A stretch of 64,000 nt of DNA from Candidatus Latescibacterota bacterium (GTDB lineage: Bacteria; Latescibacterota; UBA2968; UBA8231), in the NCBI GenBank assembly GCA_965206595.1, contig OZ242214.1, positions 2,656,001-2,720,000 on the forward strand. Direction: 5' to 3'. Under the pieces are notes generated by a model that had not been told where the DNA came from, did not search any database, and saw only the letters and a list, made by a program, of their open reading frames with translations. The position numbers and the translations under genes were made by a program. Numbering within the stretch: the stretch's first letter is position 1; each line of letters opens with the position of its first letter. Shown in pieces: positions 59,368-64,000 of the stretch.

Positions 59368-60945
59368 TCACATCCCGCTGTGTTCGTAGTGGCCGAGGTC
59401 GGGGTCGACGTAGTCGCGGTGGAAGCTCTTCCCCATGAGGTACTTGATCTCGAGCTCGAGGTCGCGCAGGAGAACCTCCCCGAGCAGGTGCGGGTCCCTG
59501 TGGGTCAGGGTCGCGGCGAGCCGGTTCTCCCCCCGGACCGGCCACTGCTCCGGCTCGAGGCGGAACACGAACCAGCAGGTCGGGCCGCTGCGGTTGCGCG
59601 GCGCGTTCATGCGGTAGGCCTGGTTGATCCTGCGGCAGATCCTGCCGGGCAGCCCGGCGCCGTTGAGGTCGAAGCGGATCCGGTCGATCTCGGTGACGTT
59701 GGAGATGCCGGCGCGCAGCAGCACCTCGTGGACGCGGCCGCGCTCGTGCCAGTGCGGCAGGTCGTCGCTGATGACGAAGCGCGCCTCCGCCGGCTCGTTC
59801 AGCTCCATGACCGCGGGCAGGGCCGTGGGAGTCAGCGGATTCCACGGCGTGTCGATCTCGGTCGGCACGTAATAGTATTTGTCTTTTGCCGCCATGATGT
59901 CCGGGTGCGGCAGCTCGCGCAGCTTCTCGTAGAACTGCCCGCCGTACGGCCACTGCTGGAACCACTGCGCCACGTAGAGCCCGTCGACCCCCTGGTCCCA
60001 GTAGTTGCAGGCCGCCGCCCGCGTCATCGCGACCGGGCCGTCCCCGATGCGGTCGTTGGCCACGCGGGCGTGCAGCACCGCGAGCACCCGCGTCTTCGTC
60101 CCCGCCGCCGCTTTCAGGTACGGGGTGAAGTCGAGGTTGGGATCGAGGCGGTGGGGGCCGGTTATCGGCTCCGGGGCGAGGACGTCGACGATGCCGAGGC
60201 GGATCCACTCCTCCGGGTCGAAGCCGAGGCCGGCGCAGTCCTCGAGGCTGAGCGGGACCCGGATCGCCAGCTCGCGTCCGTCGCCGCCGCGCTTGACCTC
60301 CTCGTGGATGCGTCCGATCCAGTCGGTCATGGTGGCGCGCCCGGCCTCGACCTCGTCGGGGTGGAAGAAGAGGAGGGCGTCCTGGTAGTTGAGGTTGAGC
60401 TCGAAGCCGTCGACGGGGTACTCGTTGACCGCCTCCTCGACGATGGCGAAGCGCTCGTCCCGCACCTCCGGGTGCTTGAAGTCGAGGCCGGTGACTCCTG
60501 GCAGGCCGGGGTCGAGGTCCCCCCGGGCGCCGATCTCGAGGTGGGGGTTGTCGAAGCGGAAGTTCGAGCAGCGGACCGGGCAGAACTCCCCGCCGCCGTT
60601 CTGCACCAGCAGGGTCGGGTAGATCAGCACCCCCTTCTCCCGGCCGCGGTCGCAGACCAGGCGCAGCGGGTCGAAGCCGGCATCGATCAGGCCTTTGGCG
60701 TTCTGGTGGGCGCGCTTGAAGACGAGGTGTTCCCACTTGTCGACGTTGTGCCCCCAGAGCTCCCCGGCCCGGGTGTCGTGGAGCATGGTGCGCCCCTCGG
60801 CGAGGCCGAACATCAGCGCCTCGACCGAGGTGGTGGCCAGCTCGTCGACGCAGGCCTGGTACTCCTCCGGGTACATCGGCGGCTCGTACCGGTAGATGTG
60901 CGGGTGCCGGCCGTCGTGGTAGTAGACGATCTGCGGTTTCGCCAT
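59368..60945 (-). CDS. Glycoside hydrolase-like TIM-barrel protein (GHL10-like), paralog of 50250..51833
   Basis: Motifs YYHDGRH, GLDFKHPEVR, VDGFELN and GVDGLY. Confidence 0.68.
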   Translation of the reverse strand: MAKPQIVYYHDGRHPHIYRYEPPMYPEEYQACVDELATTSVEALMFGLAEGRTMLHDTRAGELWGHNVDKWEHLVFKRAHQNAKGLIDAGFDPLRLVCDRGREKGVLIYPTLLVQNGGGEFCPVRCSNFRFDNPHLEIGARGDLDPGLPGVTGLDFKHPEVRDERFAIVEEAVNEYPVDGFELNLNYQDALLFFHPDEVEAGRATMTDWIGRIHEEVKRGGDGRELAIRVPLSLEDCAGLGFDPEEWIRLGIVDVLAPEPITGPHRLDPNLDFTPYLKAAAGTKTRVLAVLHARVANDRIGDGPVAMTRAAACNYWDQGVDGLYVAQWFQQWPYGGQFYEKLRELPHPDIMAAKDKYYYVPTEIDTPWNPLTPTALPAVMELNEPAEARFVISDDLPHWHERGRVHEVLLRAGISNVTEIDRIRFDLNGAGLPGRICRRINQAYRMNAPRNRSGPTCWFVFRLEPEQWPVRGENRLAATLTHRDPHLLGEVLLRDLELEIKYLMGKSFHRDYVDPDLGHYEHSGM

Positions 60946-60954
60946 GGGATCCCC

Positions 60955-62064
60955 TTACCTGTGCCAGTCGTACTCGAGCCCGAGGGTGCGGTCGGCCAGC
61001 GGCAGGTCGACCCGCTCCCCACCGGAAGCGGCCGAGAGCTTGAGCCCCGCCTCCACCTCGATGGCCCGGGCGACGCGGCGCCCCGAGTTCTTCGGCTCTT
61101 CCATCCTGCCCTCGATGCAGTCGACGACGTCGGCGAGGCCGAAGACCGCCCCCAGGCCGACGATGTCCTGCTGCGGCTCCGGCCACGGCATCTCCACCAG
61201 GCATTCCGCCCCGTCGGCCTGCCGCTTCTGAAACAGCTGCCACCGTCCGTACGGATCCTGGTGCAGGATCTCCCCCCCGCTTCCGCTGAGGCGGACGAAG
61301 GGGGCGCCCCTGCGGAACTGCACCACGAGGCCGCTGCCGGTCGCCATCACCCCCTGGCCGCGGAACTCGCCGCTGCCGGACTCGCGCGGCGGCTCGTCGC
61401 CGCTGCCGGCAACCCACTGCGGCTCGCTGTCGACGAACCAGGACCAGTTCTGGTGCTGCGACAGGTTGCGGTCCGAGACCGTGTCGATGGAGAGCAGCTC
61501 CCCGATGGCGCCGTCGAGCAGCAGCTGCTTGGCCCTGCCGAAGGCCGGGTGGTTGGTCGAGATCGCCCCGCAGCAGAGCGGCACCCCGGCCTCGGCGCAG
61601 GCGGCGACCATGGCGTCGCACTGCTCGAGCCGCTCCGCCATCGGCTTCTCGGTGACGATCCCGCGGGCGCCGTGCTCGACCGCGGCCAGGGTCAGCTCCG
61701 GGCGCATCTTCGTGTTCGTCGAGATGGCGACGATCTCCGGCCTTTCGCGGCGCAGCATCTCGACGGCGTCGGTGTAGAGGGCCTCGACGCCGTAGCGCTC
61801 GCCGAAGGCGGCCAGGCGCCGCGGGTCGCGTTCCGCGGCCGCCGCCAGGTCGATCTCCGGGCGGTCGGCCAGCGCCTCGGAGTAGCTGCTCGGCCTCCCC
61901 TTGCGGTCGGTGAACATGGTGTGGAAATGGAAGCGGCGGTGGACGTCGAGGTCCGGGGTCGGGCGCTCGATGTCGTCGACGTGCCAGACCCCCATGCGGT
62001 CGGCGAGGTCGTAGAGCAGGCCCATCCAGCCGAGGCCGATGACGGCGCCGCGGTATCCCGCCAT
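60955..62064 (-). CDS. Gfo/Idh/MocA family oxidoreductase
   Basis: Motifs VIGLGWMG, PEIVAIST and TEKPMA. Confidence 0.88.
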   Translation of the reverse strand: MAGYRGAVIGLGWMGLLYDLADRMGVWHVDDIERPTPDLDVHRRFHFHTMFTDRKGRPSSYSEALADRPEIDLAAAAERDPRRLAAFGERYGVEALYTDAVEMLRRERPEIVAISTNTKMRPELTLAAVEHGARGIVTEKPMAERLEQCDAMVAACAEAGVPLCCGAISTNHPAFGRAKQLLLDGAIGELLSIDTVSDRNLSQHQNWSWFVDSEPQWVAGSGDEPPRESGSGEFRGQGVMATGSGLVVQFRRGAPFVRLSGSGGEILHQDPYGRWQLFQKRQADGAECLVEMPWPEPQQDIVGLGAVFGLADVVDCIEGRMEEPKNSGRRVARAIEVEAGLKLSAASGGERVDLPLADRTLGLEYDWHR

Positions 62065-62065
62065 C

Positions 62066-62653
62066 TCAGGCGCTCCTGCGCACGAAGCTCTCGGCCAGGG
62101 CGAAGACGCAGGAGCTGCGGTCCCCCCCTATGGTCGAGCGCCAGTTATCGCGGGTGTACGGGGCGCCGGCGACCGGCTCGTCGTCGATCCCGATGGCCGC
62201 CCGGCCGCAGAAATGCAGCAGCGAGAACACGTAGTCGCCCGACGGGCTGTCGGGCCAGGGGCCGTTGCAGACGACGGGCGCCTCGACCGCCGCCCAAGCC
62301 GACAGGATCACATGGTCCCCGGTGTCGATGCGCCAGGCCGGATCGGTGCGCAGGTCCCCCCACTCGCTGAACTCGGCGTCGACGACGGGGACCTCCTCTT
62401 GCGGCCAGGAGCGGGTCATCGTCGCCTGCGCGTACTCCAGCACCTCGCGGTTGTCGGTGCAGAGCCCGGTGAAGCGCCCCGGGACGTCGACGAGGGCGGC
62501 AACCCCGGCCCCGGCCGGGCACCAGCGGAAGCTGAACAGGCTGACGCGGCCGCTGTCCGTTTCCCGGCCGGGTTCTCGCAGGTAGTTGATCCAGTGCTCC
62601 CCGGTCCAGGTCAGCTCCCCCTCGACCCGGGGCCGGTTTCCCTCGGCGTTCAT
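62066..62653 (-). CDS. Hypothetical protein
   Basis: GAGG RBS, GC3-biased frame MNAEGNRPRVEGELTWTGEHW..., tightly coupled within the operon. Confidence 0.7.
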   Translation of the reverse strand: MNAEGNRPRVEGELTWTGEHWINYLREPGRETDSGRVSLFSFRWCPAGAGVAALVDVPGRFTGLCTDNREVLEYAQATMTRSWPQEEVPVVDAEFSEWGDLRTDPAWRIDTGDHVILSAWAAVEAPVVCNGPWPDSPSGDYVFSLLHFCGRAAIGIDDEPVAGAPYTRDNWRSTIGGDRSSCVFALAESFVRRSA

Positions 62654-62697
62654 CCTCGATGCCTCGCGCGGTTCCGGTGCGAATTCCGCCGCGGCTG

Positions 62698-64000
62698 CTA
62701 GCGGACCAGGCGGCGGAAGGAGTCCTCCTGAAGGCCGGCCTCCAGCAGGCTGTCGATGTCGCCGGTGCGCAGGCCCCCGGCGATGACCTCGAAGGTCTCG
62801 CGCACCCCCGCGGCCGTGGCCGCCACCGCCTCCTCGTCGTGGGCCATGTTGAAGAAGAAACCGGTCGCCAGTATGAGGCCGCGGCGGGCGTTCTCCTGGA
62901 CGAACAGGGTCGACACCTTCTTCGCCAGCTCGGCGTCCTCGATGTTGAAGCGGATGCCCGGGTGAGCGGCGACGCCGGCGCACTCGGCGTCGAGGCCGGC
63001 GTCCCGGGCCGCCTCGTTGATCCGCCCCATCAGGTCGGTGCCGATCTTCTCGAAATACGCTGGAGCGTCGAGTCGCCGCAGCTCCTTCAGGGTGGCGATG
63101 GAGGCGCTGATGCCGACGTTGTCGTCCCAGTAGGCGCTCGAGATGAACATGCCGGCGGCGGCCTGCATCACCTCGCGCCTGCCGACCACCGCCCCCATGG
63201 GGTAGCCGTTGGAGATCGCCTTGGCGAAGGCGGTCAGATCCGGGGTCACCCCGGTGAACTCCTGGACCCCGCCGAGGGAGATGCGCCAGCCGCAGGAGAC
63301 CTCGTCGAAGATGAGGACGACGCCGTAGCGGTTGGCGAGGTCGCGCACCCCTTCGAGGTACCCTTCCGGCGGCAGCTCCGAGCGCATCGGCTCCATGATG
63401 ATGCAGGCCACCTCGCCCTCGTTCTGCTTCAGCAGGTCCTCGAGCATGTCGAGATCGCCGTACTCGAAGGGGATCGAGGTCCCCTCGAGGGCCGCGGGAA
63501 CGCCGACCGGATCGATCCCGGAGAACAGGTGGTCCTGCAGCTTCTCGCGCCCGAGGTTGGCGGCCAGGTACCAGTCGTGCCAGCCGTGGTAGCCGCACAA
63601 CAGCACCTTGTCGCGGCCGCTGGCGCCGCGCGCGATGCGCACCGCCACGGCGCAGGCCTCGCCGCCCCCCTTGCAGTAGCGGACCATCTCCGCGGAGGGG
63701 ACGATGTCGACGAGCAGCTCGGCGAGCTCCACCGAATTCTCGTGGATGATGCTGTAGATCGATCCCCTGTCGATGGCCTCGACGACCGCGGCGTCGACCG
63801 TGGGATTGGCGTACCCGAGGATGATCGGGCCGACGGCGCTGCCCCAGTCGATGTACTCGTTGCCGTCGACGTCGCGGATGCGGCAGCCCTTTGCCTTCTC
63901 GGCGTAGATCGGGCTGACCCCGAAAGCGGCGCGCGAAGGACGCCGGCTGATCAGCTGCGAAATCCCGGGAATCAGCTCGGCGGCGCGCGCGTGGATCTCC
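62698..64000 (-). CDS. Class III aminotransferase (glutamate-1-semialdehyde aminomutase-like), 5' end outside window
   Basis: Motifs DVDGNEYID, GYHGWHD, IMEP, LIFDEV and AFAKAISNG (PLP Lys). Confidence 0.88.
   Translation of the reverse strand, partial: EIHARAAELIPGISQLISRRPSRAAFGVSPIYAEKAKGCRIRDVDGNEYIDWGSAVGPIILGYANPTVDAAVVEAIDRGSIYSIIHENSVELAELLVDIVPSAEMVRYCKGGGEACAVAVRIARGASGRDKVLLCGYHGWHDWYLAANLGREKLQDHLFSGIDPVGVPAALEGTSIPFEYGDLDMLEDLLKQNEGEVACIIMEPMRSELPPEGYLEGVRDLANRYGVVLIFDEVSCGWRISLGGVQEFTGVTPDLTAFAKAISNGYPMGAVVGRREVMQAAAGMFISSAYWDDNVGISASIATLKELRRLDAPAYFEKIGTDLMGRINEAARDAGLDAECAGVAAHPGIRFNIEDAELAKKVSTLFVQENARRGLILATGFFFNMAHDEEAVAATAAGVRETFEVIAGGLRTGDIDSLLEAGLQEDSFRRLVR

Noticed and set aside
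62698-64000. Calling the class III aminotransferase hemL
   Set aside because: The context is sugar catabolism, and GYHGWHD-type members include non-HemL enzymes, so the symbol is withheld.

Overview
A GC-rich bacterial window of about 50 genes, with no rRNA, tRNA or CRISPR array visible. Gene content (sup-like PKS remnant, FG-GAP/CRTAC1, ankyrin, phytanoyl-CoA dioxygenase, enolase-superfamily and GHL10-like proteins) suggests a marine sponge-associated lineage; this is inference. From left to right: (i) a dikinase-like gene, IS3 remnants and a group II intron 5' remnant; (ii) a collapsed PKS-ACP-PPTase (sup-like) locus; (iii) a signalling/uptake module of REC-PP2C phosphatase, orphan periplasmic binding protein, sensor kinase, Tsx-type porin and an NCS2 permease fused to a degenerate RsbW-like kinase domain, which is the best candidate for an undescribed system; (iv) an IS1380 with terminal repeats and target duplication; (v) two ABC-ATPase + DUF4276/Toprim pairs, one with a PD-(D/E)XK nuclease; (vi) a self-contained accessory type II fatty-acid synthase cluster (enoyl reductase, FabH, FabA, FabZ, FabF, ACP, PlsC, PPTase) with an IS630 at its end; (vii) a DinJ-YafQ toxin-antitoxin pair; (viii) a long cytoplasmic sugar/amino-sugar catabolic operon. 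Many deletion scars and chimeric junctions point to genome erosion or assembly artefacts. All calls come from reading motifs by eye; no searches were run.
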